Shown piece by piece: positions 36,997-50,900 of a DNA stretch of 64,000 nt. This DNA is from Chloropicon primus (lineage: Eukaryota), in assembly GCA_023205875.1 (NCBI GenBank), contig CP060769.1:248001-312000 (forward strand), written 5' to 3'. The position numbers and the translations under genes are program-made. Position 1 is the first letter of the stretch; each line of letters opens with the position of its first letter. The notes below the pieces were generated by a model. The model was not told the DNA's origin, did no database searches, and worked only from the letters and a program-made list of their open reading frames with translations.

Positions 36997-38802
36997 ATGG
37001 TGACGACGAGGGGAAGGAAGGGGAAGAGGGAGAGCCCGAGGGTGGACAAGCGCGGCGGAGGGAAGAAGGCGAAGAGGGAGGAGGCGAAGGGTGCAGCTGC
37101 GGCGAAGGCGCCACCGGAGAAGAAGTTGAAGGAGTCGGACCTGTTCGAGGAGGACACGAGCAGCAGCGAGGACTCAGAGCTGGAGCTGAGGGACGACTAC
37201 GGGGTCGAGGGCGGCGAGTCGTCCGAGTCGGAGTCCAGCCTGGATGACGACAAGTTTTTCGGCGATGACTCGGACGAGGACGGGGAGGGTGACGGGGAGA
37301 GCGGGAGCGAGGAGGGGGAGGAGCTTTTGGAGATCGAGAAGAAGGCGCGAAGGGACGCGAGGAGGGAGAAGGAGGACGCGGAGGCAGCGGAAGCTGAGCT
37401 CGGGGAAAGGGGGGAGCAAGGCTTGACGACGAGGGAGGAGGAGGATCTCTTCGACGACGGCGGTGACGATTCCGAGAGTGACGAGGAGGATGGTCGCGGG
37501 GTCGGCGTCGACGTGTTCAAAGTGAAGCGAAGGCTGCAGCAAGTCGTGGGCATCCTGTCGAACTTCAAGCAGCTGAAGAAGAAGCAGCAGGAGCGGCAAG
37601 ACGCCGGCAGCGACGGGGAGGAAGAGGAGGGCGGCGAGGCGGTCACGGAGCTCAGACCCAGGAGCGACTACGTCAGGCGAATGACGAAGGACTTCAAGGT
37701 CCTCTACGGGTATAACGACTTCATGACGGAGCAGATTCTGTCCATCTTCACGCCGGCGGAGGCGCTAGCTTTTGCGGATGCCTCGGAGGGGAGCAGGCCC
37801 ACCACGCTCAGGGCAAACCCGCTGAAGACGAAGAGGAGGGATTTGGCCGCAGCGCTGATCGGCAGGGGGGTGAACCTGGATCCAATAGGGGACTGGAGCA
37901 AGGTCGGGTTGGTGGTTTACGAGTCCAAGGTGCCCATCGGAGCCACCCCGGAGTACCTCGCGGGCCACTACACCAAGCAGGGGGCGTCCTCTCTGCTCCC
38001 AGTGATGGCTCTCGCCCCGCAACCTAACGAGACTGTCGTGGACTTGGCGGCTTCCCCCGGAGGAAAAACGACTCACATTGGCGCCCTGATGAACAACACC
38101 GGGCTGCTGTACGCCAACGAGCTCAAGAAGGAGAGGCTGGCCTCCCTTTCGGCGAACATCCAGAGAATGGGCGTGAGGAACGCCATCGTTTGCAACTACG
38201 ACGGGAGGGATCTCCCCAAGGCGATCGGAAAGTTTCAGTGCGACAGAGCGCTTCTCGATGCCCCGTGCTCGGGCACCGGTGTCATCTGGAAGGATCCGGG
38301 GGTGAAGACGTCCCGCTCGCCCGAGGATATTTGGAAGACGGTGAAGATACAAAAAGAGCTCCTCTTGTCCGCGATCGACATGGTTGATGCCGAGAGCAAG
38401 ACTGGGGGTTACGTGGTGTACTCCACGTGCTCCATCCTGGTGGAGGAGAACGAGTTGGTGGTGGACTATGCCCTGAGGAAGAGAAACGTGAAAGTCGTGT
38501 CGACGGGTCTCACGTTCGGGCAGGACGCCTTCATCCGGTTTAGGCAGCACAGGGTGCACCCATCCATCGCCAAGGCGAAGAGGTACTACCCGCACGTCCA
38601 CAACATCGACGGCTTCTTCGTCTGCAAGCTGAAGAAGCTGAGCAACAAGATTCCAGAGTCCGAAGTTGCGCAGGAGGCCATTGCCAAGAAGCAGAAGAAG
38701 GAGGAGAAGGAGAAGGCGGAGACGGCGGCTGCCAGTGGGAAGGGGAAGTTCAACAAGAAGAGGAAGTCCAAGTGGAAGAACAGGGCTAATGACACGTACT
38801 GA
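36997..38802 (+). CDS. NOP2: 25S/28S rRNA m5C methyltransferase NOP2/NOL1
   Basis: Acidic N-terminus; TLKT-like PLKTKRRDLA, WSKVGL, GATPEYLAGHY, LLDAPCSGTG, VYSTCS and YPHVHNIDGFF. Confidence 0.95.
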   Translation: MVTTRGRKGKRESPRVDKRGGGKKAKREEAKGAAAAKAPPEKKLKESDLFEEDTSSSEDSELELRDDYGVEGGESSESESSLDDDKFFGDDSDEDGEGDGESGSEEGEELLEIEKKARRDARREKEDAEAAEAELGERGEQGLTTREEEDLFDDGGDDSESDEEDGRGVGVDVFKVKRRLQQVVGILSNFKQLKKKQQERQDAGSDGEEEEGGEAVTELRPRSDYVRRMTKDFKVLYGYNDFMTEQILSIFTPAEALAFADASEGSRPTTLRANPLKTKRRDLAAALIGRGVNLDPIGDWSKVGLVVYESKVPIGATPEYLAGHYTKQGASSLLPVMALAPQPNETVVDLAASPGGKTTHIGALMNNTGLLYANELKKERLASLSANIQRMGVRNAIVCNYDGRDLPKAIGKFQCDRALLDAPCSGTGVIWKDPGVKTSRSPEDIWKTVKIQKELLLSAIDMVDAESKTGGYVVYSTCSILVEENELVVDYALRKRNVKVVSTGLTFGQDAFIRFRQHRVHPSIAKAKRYYPHVHNIDGFFVCKLKKLSNKIPESEVAQEAIAKKQKKEEKEKAETAAASGKGKFNKKRKSKWKNRANDTY

Positions 38803-38955
38803 TGATGTCGTGGGGTGGATGTCAGAGGCCAAGCCAACAAGAAACGGAAAGCTTTTTGTTGGTTATATAAAATAATGAATCTATATCTATATAAATTGTT
38901 TTTCGTTATTTAGCTTGAGGACAGCTGGTTTTTTATTTCACTTGCCTCAATGTTT

Positions 38956-41900
38956 TTACGTGTCGATGTTCAGACACAAAGCTACCCCTTGCAGCGTCCA
39001 GTGACTGGCGTGTTCCGTGCTTGCCAGGTCTGCTTCCATCACCAGACCAACGCCCATCGCGTTTCTCCTGTCTTGGGTGACGTACACAGGCGTCTTGAAG
39101 GTTCCAGACAGCTTGAGCTTTGCCGCTTCCACTGGAATAATTCGCAGAATCGGCAGTTCCTGCACAAGCTGCTTTGGAGGCTGGCGAACAAGGCAAGACT
39201 TCTTCAAGTCCCAGGCGGCTCCCTCGAGGAAGAGTCCTTCCACCAAGCACCCAAACTCGGGGCGCTCCTTCACCTCGTCCGCGTTTGTGATCTTGGTCAC
39301 CTGCGTATAAAGGGTGGACCTGTCCAGAGGCCATCCCTTCTCTCTGCAAGCTGTCTGCACGAGAGCGGCCAAGAAGGTCTCCGGCGTGTGGAAACCGCTG
39401 AGCCACACCACCTTTGGCTCCCCGTTCTTGATCCAGTCAGAGTACTGGGCGTGCCTCCTCAAGTACCAAGTGACCCACGAACCAAGCTTCTTCTCGGTGG
39501 CTGGCGTGAGCCTCTTCCAAGCGTCAGGCAGCTGGCCGTTGTACAGGGAATCCGAGATGGCCTCGAGCTGCGCGCTGAACCCGATCTCTCCCACGAGGGC
39601 CCTTTGGAGGTCCTTGAGCGTGATGGACATGAACGTCACCAGCTTGTTCCACCTCTCAATCTCCTGCAAGAGCACAACGAAAGTGGGCGCGATGACATCC
39701 TTGTTGCTTCTCTTGATGGCCTGCAAGTCAAACGGCTCAGGAACCTTCGATTGCAGGTCCGTGGCGACGTTGGAGACGAAGTCTTCCCTGCTAATCTCCC
39801 CACCTCCTCCGCCAACGCGAGGCTGAAGGTCGATGAGATCGAACCACAGGCGCTTGGTGGCGTTGGTGTAGTACGATATGTCAGCGTTGGGGTGCAATCC
39901 AAACACCTCTGGTGTCTGCACAATCGGCAGGCCATCAATGGCTGCCACATATCTCGAGTGCTCTCCCCTCTTCGGAATGCTGTAGTCCACTCCCCTTCCC
40001 ATGTAGAAGTGGAAGGACTGGAAGGTGTCGAACAAGAAGTCTCCCATGTACTCGTCCAGGTAAGTCGTCAGAATCCTTCTGTCGAACGAGTCGCTCACTC
40101 TGCCTCCGTACATGGCCTCGCCAATCAGGTAACGCAGGGTTCCCCAAGGGATGGAGTCACTGTCTCCGCTAGAGTTCTCAGAGGCCTTTGTGAGGTACGT
40201 CGAAATCAGAGCCAAAGAGATTCTGAAGTCCGTCTCGTTGAAGTCATAAGCGACGTTCCAACCGAGCTTCCCGTACTTTCTCCTTTCCTGCACGACAGCG
40301 TGGAAGAAGGCAAGGGCGTACACCAGAGGCCTGAAGGCATCGTGGGGGCACTCCTCCAGGGTCTCCTCGGTGATCTTCGAGTAGGAAGAGCGCATGTTGA
40401 GCTTCAGGCCGTTAGGAGGCTCCGTCACTACCTTGAGACTCCTTTGCAAGATTCCCAGAGGGAACTTGTTGGTCGGCTCCGTAGTCAGCCAGAGCCTGAA
40501 GTCCTTGTGCGGCTTGTCGATCTTCTCCAAGATCTTCTCCAAGGTCTTCAGCCAGCTCGGCAAGAGATGGCAGTTCTGCAACATGATCCACAGACCTCTC
40601 GAGGAGCCCGTCTCGATGAACTCCTGGGCCTTTGGACCCATTCCCTGTCCAAGGGCCATGTACTTGAGCTTGGCACCTGGTTTGAAGCCCATCTCCTCTC
40701 CGAGCTTGAAGACGTCGAAGGCAGGATCGGCACCCGGGCTGAGCACGAAGATGACAGGCGTCATGGCCGTGCTCTGGTCGTAAATTCGAGCGTAATCAAG
40801 AACAGGAGGCAGGACGTACTTCTCGCTCATCTTCTCAATGACGTACTTGGTCACCCCGACCGTGACTCTGTCGACTCTGAAGCACCTCAGCAGCAAGAGT
40901 TGCTCGAAGATATTCAGCCTGTAGGTCAGGTCCTCGGGAAGCTTCTCGTCCTCGGGAGCCTCGAAGTTGTAGTACTCCTTCCAGGCCTTCTCGTTTCCCT
41001 CGACGCTGTCCAGGATGGAAGCCAGGGGGTGAATCTCGTCCACGTCCTTGGCCTTGATGTCAGACGAAGGGGGCATGTCCTTGTGCTGCTCGGCGAGCTG
41101 CACCAAGTCCTCCCATCCCTGGTCAGGAATCCAGTCAAATGGCTTCTGCCTGTCGCTCTTCTCCAAGCTGAGGTTTCCCTTGAGGAAGAAATCGAGCTGC
41201 TTGCGGTTGAGCTTGCCGTCCGCTTCAAGGAGCTTGATCGTCATCTGGAAAGAGAACATAAGCTTGTGCTTCTCGAACAGACCGAGGCAAGTGTAGTTGT
41301 ACACGTTGAACGTCAGGGCTTCGATAATGTTGCGAAGTCTGACGTCCAAGTTGGAGTCCTTCTTGGACTTGGCCAGGGAGGCGTCGAACACCGTAAGGAA
41401 GGCCGCCAGCGAGTACTCGTACATGTTCAAGATGGCAGAAAGACTGTCCATGACGAAGAAAAGCACGGCGCCTCTCTTCGCTGCGGGGGTGTAACGAGAT
41501 CTCACGATGTCGATCTCCTCCGCGGTCTCCTTCGCCTTCTCAAGCTTCTCGGCAATCTCAGTCGCTTTCAGCTTTGTCTCCTCGAGCGTGTTAATCAACT
41601 CCTCGTTATCCAAGATGTTGCCAGTGGCATTGGAGAGCTCATGGAGCAGAGTGTCCTCGAGCTTCTTGAGCAACGCCTTGTTCTGGCTCATGTCCTTGAT
41701 GAGCTCCTCTCTCCTCTCCTCGAGGTCAAGCCTCTCGTGCCTCACCGTGACATTGAGCAGCTGGGCCTGAAGACCTTGCTGCGTCACACTGTAGTTAATG
41801 ATGGAGGTCTTACCGCCCACCTCGGGGCCATAGCTTGGGTTCGAGAGCTTGCTCGTCATGTAAAGCCTGAAGCTCTCGTCCCATTCGATCTCATTCTCTC

Positions 41901-44900
41901 CGAGGGTAATGCACAGCTTTCCGGACTCGTTCGGCACGAGTTGCTTGTTCAGCACAGGGTCGATGACAGGGTCGATGTACTCGTCGAGGTTCTCGAACAG
42001 GAATGGACCTCCGTAAGTAATGGCCAACTCGAGCTTCTTCAAGAAGTCGCTGTCGTTGAAAGTCTTGATCTTTCCTTCCAGCTCCTTTCCTTCCTTCTTC
42101 TTGATCCACGTGATGGCCTGCATCTGTGGATCAATGCAAAGGGGGAACCTGCTCGACCTCGTGGTCAGAATACCGTTTTGAATACTGAGCTCGTCGCCAG
42201 GAAGGCCTTCGGATGCCCACTGGGTCGTCTCCACCTCACTGGTCAGGATGTCTTCAAGCCTGAAAGGCTGGCTGCAAGGAAGGGACTTTTCCTTGATGTC
42301 GTCCTGCCACAGCTCGTACACAAGGGACGCTCTGTACTCGTAGTTGAAGGCTCCGAGGTAGGACAAGAACGATCCCGCCAGGAGACAGTCGCCAAGGAGC
42401 TTCTCGCGGCTCGAGTCGAGCTCGGCCATCTCCGAAGTCCAACGGCTCCTCTCAGAGCCCAGTCCGGCAATCAAACGGGAAGCGGCTTCCAACCTCCTTT
42501 CCATGGTATCGGCCTTGTCCTTCAACTGCTGCTGCTCGGCGGTCTTCTCCTCGAACTGGCTGGAGAGCTCCTGCAGCTGCTCGTTCAGCTTGCCGACCTC
42601 TTGCTTGATCTTCGTCAGCTCTTTGGTCGCCATGCGCAGACTCTTCTCCGCTTCGTTCACTTTCTGGCGCTTTGGGTTGACCTCCTTGGCCACGGCGTTG
42701 TAGTTGATCATGGCGTACACCCACTTGAGCAGACCCGCACCTGCGGTGGAAATCTGCATCACTTCGTCTGGGTTGAACTTCTCGTTCTTCATGTACGACA
42801 GCACCGAGCGAACTTGCCTGTCGGTGATTCCATCCTTGTCGAACTCAATCAAGCTCGCAAGGAAACGGGGGTCAGCCATCATCGCCTTGGCGCCCTTCCA
42901 GGACACGTCCTTGATTCCACGAAGGATGACAACGCACTCGCAGACTTGCTGCACCAGGATGTGGGGGTTGGCGAAGTATCTGATCTCTGTGATGTCCTCC
43001 TTCTTGAGGTTGTTAAGCGCGGCGGCGGCCTCTTCCAAGGCAGGGATGGCCTCCTCGAGAGCCTCCTCGGCTTCCTGCTTCTCAATCGCAATCTTCTCAC
43101 TCGAGATCTTGAGCTCCTCCTCCTTGGCCACAGCAACCTGCTGCTTGGCCTCGACTTCCTCGGTGCTCACGCTGATCACACCAAGCAACTCATTGCACTC
43201 CTTGGTCGCTTTGTCCACGACCTGCTTTGCTTCCGTCAGGTCGACTTGCATCGCGTCAACTTCCGAGGCAGCTTGAATGAGCTTCTGCAAGCCGCCATTC
43301 AGCCTGTCGGCAAGCTCTCCGATGCTCTCGCGGTTGTCACCGAGGAGCTTCCTGTAGGTCGCGATGAAATCGAGATAGTTCTTGGGAGTGACATAGTTGT
43401 TTCTCCTCAGCTCCTCGGCAAACTGGGCGCTCTTTGTTCTCACGCTCTGGTGGACAAAGACCATGTGCTCCACAATCTGCTCCTTCTTCTCGTCCGCGAT
43501 ATCTTCGCTGGCCAGGAAGACACTCGCGACGCTGCGCAGGGCCTCAGAGGGCCAAGGCTCGAACCAATCGATGACGGCGTTGTTGACCATTCCTGGGAAG
43601 TTCCTGCACCTCGTTCGAAGGGTGTCCCCAACAGGGGACATCGCCAGCACGATGTGAAGGTGTTCCTTGCACTTCTCAGTGTAGTAAGCCCAGCAGCCCT
43701 CCTTGGTGTCCAAGAGGCCAGCGGCAGTAACCTCGTCCCTAATGGAGCGAATGATCGCATCCTTCTCATCGTCAGCGTACAAGGCCGGAACCATTCCTGA
43801 GGTAAGCATGTTGTTGATCAGCTCCAAGAAGCCCTCGTCGACGACATTGGAGTCCGTGAAGAGGAACACGCAAGGCTTCTGCTGCAAGATTCCGTACAGC
43901 TTCTTGAGGTCCTCCCTGAACATGTTCTCGTCGTATCCACGGGTCAGGGTGATGGAGAAAGTATCGCAGCCCGCCGCGTAAGCGGCGAGTGTGGCAAGGC
44001 TCTGCTTGCCCGAGCCAGACACACCGACGAGGAGCATGTGGCCTTCAGACAATCGGATGGTCCTCATGATCCTCGTGAGATGCTCCAGGGCATCTTCGAA
44101 GAAGACCAACCTCATCTTCGAACCCTTGTTCGAAGGCTGCTCGTTGTACTCCGTAAGGAGCTTCTCGAAAATGCCCTTGATGACCTCGAAGCTCTCGAGA
44201 TCCTCGTAGACTCTTGGCACCGCAATCTCCTCCTTCTCCTCTTCCTCCTCCTCTTCCTCCTCCTCGGCCTTTGGAACGTTTCGGAAGTCTCCAAGAAGAA
44301 TTGGAGTCGCCAGAACCTTTTCCACGTTGACTCCGCTCGAGTTGTTCTGCACGAGCTCCTCAATCTTCCCGGTCACAAGCTGCCTGTCGTCATCGCTGAT
44401 GAGCCTGTCGTGAAGCACGCGCAGTGACTCGTTCCTCCAAAGCCTCATGAGCTCCGAAGCCGATGGGAACTTATCGGGCGTGCTCAGCAAGAGTCCCTGG
44501 TAGATCCTGCTCAGGTCACGGAGGTTGAACACGTAGTGGAACCTCTTTGGGGTTGGTGGGAGTTTCTCCACAATGGTGGAGTACAGCTCCAAGGTCATGC
44601 TGGTAAACTTCTTTGCCCACGGCACGAGCTCCGCGTCAATGGTGGACAACTGCTTGCTCAGAATGATCTCATAGATCCTCTCGAGGGAGTCCTTGCTTGG
44701 GAACTCGATCTCAAAGACGTTGAACAAAGAAATGTAACGCGGGTCCACGGGGTTTCTCGCACCTCCAGGAGGTCCCATGGCGCCCACGAACTTGAGATCT
44801 CTGATGTTCTTCCAGTTCAATTCCTTGCCCCTGTCATACAGCCCTCTCCTGTCTATAAGCATCTTGAGGAGAGCGATAGGCTGCTGTGTGCCGTAAGTGT

Positions 44901-47900
44901 CCACGCGAGGCATGTTCATGTCATCAAGGAAGATCGTCAACTTCTTTCCCATTGGAGGTCCGTACGTGTCCTTTGTCCTCTTCTCAACGCAATCTTCGAC
45001 GGCACGCTGCACGTCCAGCGAAGATGTCCTACTACTAAAGTTCATATTGAGTACAATGTTCGAGGTGGCGTCCATGCTAGCCAGGTAGCCTGAAATCGTG
45101 ACACTCTTTGCCGTTCCAGGCTCACCCACGAAAAGGCAAGACTTTCCTTGGCCCAAGGTGATGCTCAAGAGCCAGGTTGACCGAACGGTATCAACGGTTG
45201 GAACGAGGACCTTGGAGAACTTCACGTCCTCCGTGCTGTCGTATTCAGGAACAAGGGACTTCCAGGAGACCCAGCTCTTCTTCTCAACATCAAAGAAATA
45301 ATCATACAGTGTTTGCGATGGAAGTTGCGAGCAAGGAACGACGGCCTGGTCAGAGAAAGGCATGCCGGCCACCTTCTTCACCATGCCATCGAAGCGGCTG
45401 CGCTCGTCAGAAGTCGTCGATCGAGGCATCGATGCTCCCATCGACCAAGTGAGGCAAGTCAAAAACAGGGATTCAAGGACCTGCACATCTCCCAAGATAG
45501 CCGCAGATCCCTTGTCGTCAGCCTTGACGTCGCTTTCCTCGCCCATTCCACTCTCGTAGAACAGAGAGTCGATGAGGTTCGTGAGCTGCTGGACCGTGTT
45601 CAGGTTGGTCCTCGGGGTGGTCAGCTTTGGCCTCGCCACGATCACATCCTCGTCATCCCCCTCTCCCTTTGGCTCAATGCCATCGAAAATGTAAGAAATC
45701 AGAGGGTCGACGTACTTCTCCATGAGCGTCATCATCAGAGCCCTGTGCTCCTCGTTCTCGAGGTAAGGCGCCGTGTTGATCCACGTCTTCAAGTAAGGCC
45801 AGTAGCCAAGGTTTCTTGGGTCCACGTAGACCATACCGCAGCGGGAGATCGTGGCAGGAGAGGCATACTGCAGATCGAAAACTTCGAACAGCAGCTTGCA
45901 CCATGGCTGCAAACGAATCCTCTCTCCGTTTGGAAGAGTCAAGAGCTTGTTGTCATCCATGACACTGTTCATGTTTTCTACCCAGACGGCGTCCACGTCG
46001 CCGTCAAACACGACGTACCTCGCCTCATCCTTTCCTTGCGTGAGAGGCTTGTTCATCTCTCTGAAAAGGTTCGAGAGGAGTCCATCCGTCCAGTCTCTTG
46101 TGTCCGGGTCGAGAACTCCATAGAGCTCCGCAACACTCTGCGCTTTGGGGTTCACAATGTTCAAAGTCGTCTTCTTTCCCAACTTTGTCTGAGACCTTGC
46201 CAAGGTGTTGATGATCACGCTCTTTCCTCCACCAGTCTCGCCGACCACCATGGTCGTGTGCCTGGTCATCATGATCTCGTAGAGCTGGATGACTTTATCA
46301 ACTTGCTCACTGGACGCAGTGAGCACCTGGTAACCATGCTCCTTGAGGTCATTCTCGACCACGTCGTTGAACTCTGGGTAGCGGACACGAGGGCAGTCCA
46401 TTCCAGGGAAGAGGTCACCGATGAGGCCCAAGAAAAGAGGCACGTCATCGAAAACGAACTTGGGCAGGTTCATATCACGCAAAGCACGCATGAGCACGAG
46501 CTGCTCGTCCAAGTTAGGCGATCCACGCTTCAGGGAACCGGCCATGACCAGCACACTCTTCAGAGCGCGAAGGCCGAAGTCGTAATGGTGCTGCTTACTC
46601 AGCTGCTCCTTGGCCAACTTGTAAAGGACGGTCATCTTCTTTGCGAGAACCTTTGCGGTGTCGAAACCTTCAGAGAAAAGCATGATCTCGCAAATCTGCT
46701 GCAAGTCTGGCACAATCATCGTCACAGGCCTGAAGAGAGCCTTGAGGTTGTCTGGCAGCTCGGTACGGCCGGCGTAGCCAGGGTTCATGGTAATGAAAAT
46801 TCCCGTTCTGCTGTCACAGGAGATCTCCTTTCCTTCGAACTGAAACCTCGTGAGGTTGTTCTTCAAGGCCTCCTGGATCTGCTTGATCTGACTCGAAACA
46901 ACACTGAGAACCTCTGCATCAATCCTGTTGAACTCGTCAAAGCAGCCCCAGGCTCCGCACTGAACCAAACCGCTGAAGATGCTACCCATGGCTTTGTAGT
47001 CCAAACCCTCTCCGCAGTTGAAGACAACGCAGAGCAAGGCCATGCCCTTTGCAAGATCCTTCACCGTCTCCGTCTTTCCAGTTCCAGCAGGACCGGCAGG
47101 CGCACCACCCAGCCTGTACGTCAGGGCAGTTGTGATCGTCATGTAGCACCTGTCCGTGAGCGCCGTGATCACAAGCCTTCCATTCAGGCCCATGTACTCG
47201 TAGCCGTACCTAAATTCTCCCGTGCACTGGCGGATGACAACATCATCGATCTTTCTGTCCCAGTTGAACCTCAGCTGGCTCTCCCAAGCGAACTCTCTGA
47301 CATCCAGAACGGAGTCCCTGATGAAGACATCGATGATGTCTCTGGCGTGCACATCAATGATGATGAGCTGGTTCACCTTCTTGCGCTCCTCCTTGGTCAA
47401 ATCAGACCTCACCATTCCCGTGAGGTCAACCAACTGCTCAGTGAGCTTGCCGGAGAAGTCCTTCATCGCATACTTGTTGCCATCCCTGACACGGTTGAAG
47501 ACATCTTCCACCTCCCACGTCCACCACACCTGGCTGCCCAGGAGGGTCATCATGCCCAAGTTGTCCTTGATCCACTTGGTCCTCTTCGTCTCGGCATAGT
47601 AAAAGACGGACTCCTTTGCGATCTCGCACAGAGAATCCTTCATCTGCGATTCCACGGCGTCCATCCACACCTCCACAGCACCCTCTGCCTGGACGACGGT
47701 CCTGAAATCGAACTTCTCTCCCTCAGAGGACGTCATGCCAACGACATTCTTGTTTCCCCTTCCGAAGTTGAGCTTGGCGCAGTTGTCAAACAGCTTGAGC
47801 ATGTGCTCCTGCACCGAGCTAGGGTCGGACGTACCCAAGATGGAGAGCAACTCGTCGTCACTAATGAAAAAGAATCTTGGGAAAGCGTTACGCTTGGTGT

Positions 47901-50900
47901 CCAAGTACTCACTGAGGCACTTCTGGCAAGTCTCCAGCTGCTCAGAGAGGTCTTGGAGGGCCTTGAGCCTTCCCTCAACAGAGCACGCGTCGAGAACATT
48001 GGTGTTCTTTGCCGTGTCCGACATGATCTTCTTCCACGTCTTGTCGATGCCATCAAAGCGCTTGGCCTCTTGGGGCAGCTGAAGTCTAATATCGTCCGAC
48101 CCAACGAAGATACTCTCGAGGTACATCCACTTTCTTTGGACAACCATCCAGACCTCAATGGCCTCCCCGATCAAACTCAGCCTCTTCTCCCAGAAGCTGA
48201 CATCGTCGAGGAAGGGTCTCACGAAGCGACTCGCCATCATGGACTGAAGGTTGAGGCTCATGTCCTCGAGCAGGAGGATGATCTCCTCCGTGGCACGCAA
48301 GACCCAACCCCTCTCTTCTCCGCTCTTCATGTACTTGGCCAGCGTGAACTTCTGGTCCTTCCAGACATCGCCGACCTTCTTGAGCTCAGACTCGATGGTC
48401 AACTCCTTGGTGGCCGCGTTCGTGATCTCAGAAATCACATCCGCAAAGTTGTGAAGCTCCATGGAGAACAGGTTCTCCAAAGTGAAGGTCTTGGGGTCCA
48501 TGTCAAAGGTCTTGCCGGTGATCTTCATCAGCTGCTCCCAGTGCCTCTTTCTCAGGGCATCGTTCTTTAGGTTCTGAATCAGTGGCAAACTGCTTTGGAA
48601 GGACTGGATGTTCTGCTCCACCACCCTGAAAATGGGCAGACCTCCAATTTTCTTGGACATGACTTTGGTCTGATGGATCGTCTCCTCCGTGCTCGCGAGA
48701 ACCCTCTCGATGTCGAGCTCAGACCACAACATGGAACTGAACCCTCCGACCCTCTTCTTGTGGTTCTCGTACAGCTGGTAAACCTGGTCAAGGTTCTTGA
48801 TCTCCAGCTCAGCGGAGTTCAGGTCGGGGTAAGATGTGATCGGCAGATCGAAAAGCTTCTCGGCGAAGGCCAAGTGATCCTTTTGCCTGGTCATGTCAGA
48901 GAGCTTCTGCTTGTACTCTTCCATGAGCTTGAGACCCTTGTCAAGGTCGATCGTTGGGTCTCCAGGATACTTGTCCTTCAGTTCTTGGAGGAACACCTCG
49001 CTTGTCGTCGCAAACTCCTTCACTTGCTCCTTTGTGATCTCCGTGAACTCCTCCTTGACGCCTTCGAGTTTGTCGTCAACGTCGACGGCCTTGTCAACCA
49101 AGGCAAACCAAGAGGGGCGAAGGGAAGACGGGTCGCCGTTCTTCACACTGCAACCCTCGTGGTCGATCTCTATGCTTTGGACGCCCTCAGTGAACACCTT
49201 CTTGGTCGGCGCGTTCAGCATTCTAGTCCTGTACCTCTCCTCGAGGCCGAGGATGTCGAGCTCCATCTGCAGGGACGAGCTGATGATCGTGCTGATGTCG
49301 CTCAACATCTCCTTGAGCTCGTCCAACTTGGTTGGCATCTCATCAAGCTTGGAGTTCATGTCCTCGATGTACTTTGAGATCTCATCGATTCTCTTCTTGT
49401 CGATGTCCGTCATCGTGTTGATCGTCGCCTTGACCCAGTTCTCCGCCTCCCTGAGGATGGAATCAGCAAGAAGGTCGCACGAGACCTGGATGAATGCGCA
49501 CTGGCCCTGCTTTGGCTCCTGCCGAATCATCTCCGCCGTCTTGCAGTACTCCTGGAGCTTCTTGTCAAAGTCGAGGGTCAGTGGGTTCTTGGACACGAAC
49601 TTGTCGAGGACATTGTTTTTGTCCAGCTTCCAAATGTGCTGATGCTTGCGCCAACTCTCAATGTACCTCGTGACCTGCGTCACTGAGCTCGCGATGGTGT
49701 CATTGATGTTTGCGATGAGCTTGTTGACCTCGGTGTTCTTGCTGACGTCCAGGTTGTACGAGAATATGACCGGCTCCTCGTCCTCGGACCCGGAGGGATA
49801 CTGTGGTGGGGTATCCATGCAGGTGTTGTGCATCCACCTGGTGAAGGCTTTGCTGCACCTCGCGAGGTTGTTCACAAGCTTTCCAAGAAGTTTCGAGACG
49901 TCCACCATTGGGGGGTGGATGACTATCTCTGGCTGCACGAGAATAGCAATGATCTTGAAAAGTGGCTGAGGGCCCATTTTGTAGGGGTCCTTCTCCATGG
50001 AGCTCTTGATCGACTTGTTCAGGAGGTCCTGGAAGGCCACCAAACTCTTCAGAGTCATCGTCGTCAAAGCATCGAAGATCGCCCTCTCCCAGTGCAAGTA
50101 GTAGCTGGCGAGCTGCTCCGATCTTCCGGTGTTGGTGCCGGCGATAGCCTCCTCCACCTTGCCGAGAAGCGGTGGAATTGTCTTGTACTTGCGGACAAGC
50201 TCGTCTATGATCGTCAACCTGTGCTTCTCGACCAACTCGTAGAATTCCTGGAGGTCAATGATTTCCTTGTGCTGGCTGAATATGTCTTCCGAGATGAGGT
50301 TCTGCTCCTCAATGGATTTGACCACGCCCTCAATGATCGAAGAGTTCTTGTGCACCTGGTGCAGGAGCGAATTGAATTCGTTCATCGCCTTGTTGCACAG
50401 GGTCAAAAAGTCAGGAATTCCAAGACTGTTCCAGTTCAAGCTACGGAATCCTGGCGTCAGAACCTGGTCCAGCGTCCCCAAGTGTTCCCTCAGAAGCTCG
50501 TTCTCGACCTTGGTGAGGCTCGACCTGATCTGCGTGTAGGACTTGAGCATCGCGTTGATTCCCTCCACGTACGTGTGGTACTTCTCTCTTCCTGCAAAGC
50601 AATGTTCAGCGCGGTCTCTGGAATGGTGAAGCCCATTCTGTCCAGGTACCTCGTCTCACTGATCAGCCTTCTCAAGTCTGGGTGGAAGTTCACAAAGACG
50701 TTTCCATCGGAATCCTTCCTCAAGATTGTTTGCTTCAAGTTGTGCATCGCCGAAGCCTCGACGGACTCGCTCCAGCGCTGGAAGAGCTCGTTCTCGTAGT
50801 GCATCACAGCCTTTGCGAACGAGATGTACAGCTGCTGAACCTCGTGGTTCTTGCTCTGCTCGATCAAGGACTTGTCCACTTGGTTCAAAGTCAGCATGGT

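Noticed and set aside
38950..48570. Very long + strand ORFs (1616 aa, 1085 aa) opposite the dynein, and similar ones opposite the receptor kinase, MCM6 and NSUN2
   Set aside because: Antisense shadows caused by GC3-biased codon usage; no recognisable motifs
50563..50581. 19-nt GT...AG micro-intron as an explanation of the dynein frameshift
   Set aside because: Its length does not restore the frame, it is far shorter than the other introns here (69 nt or more), and it would remove plausible coding residues
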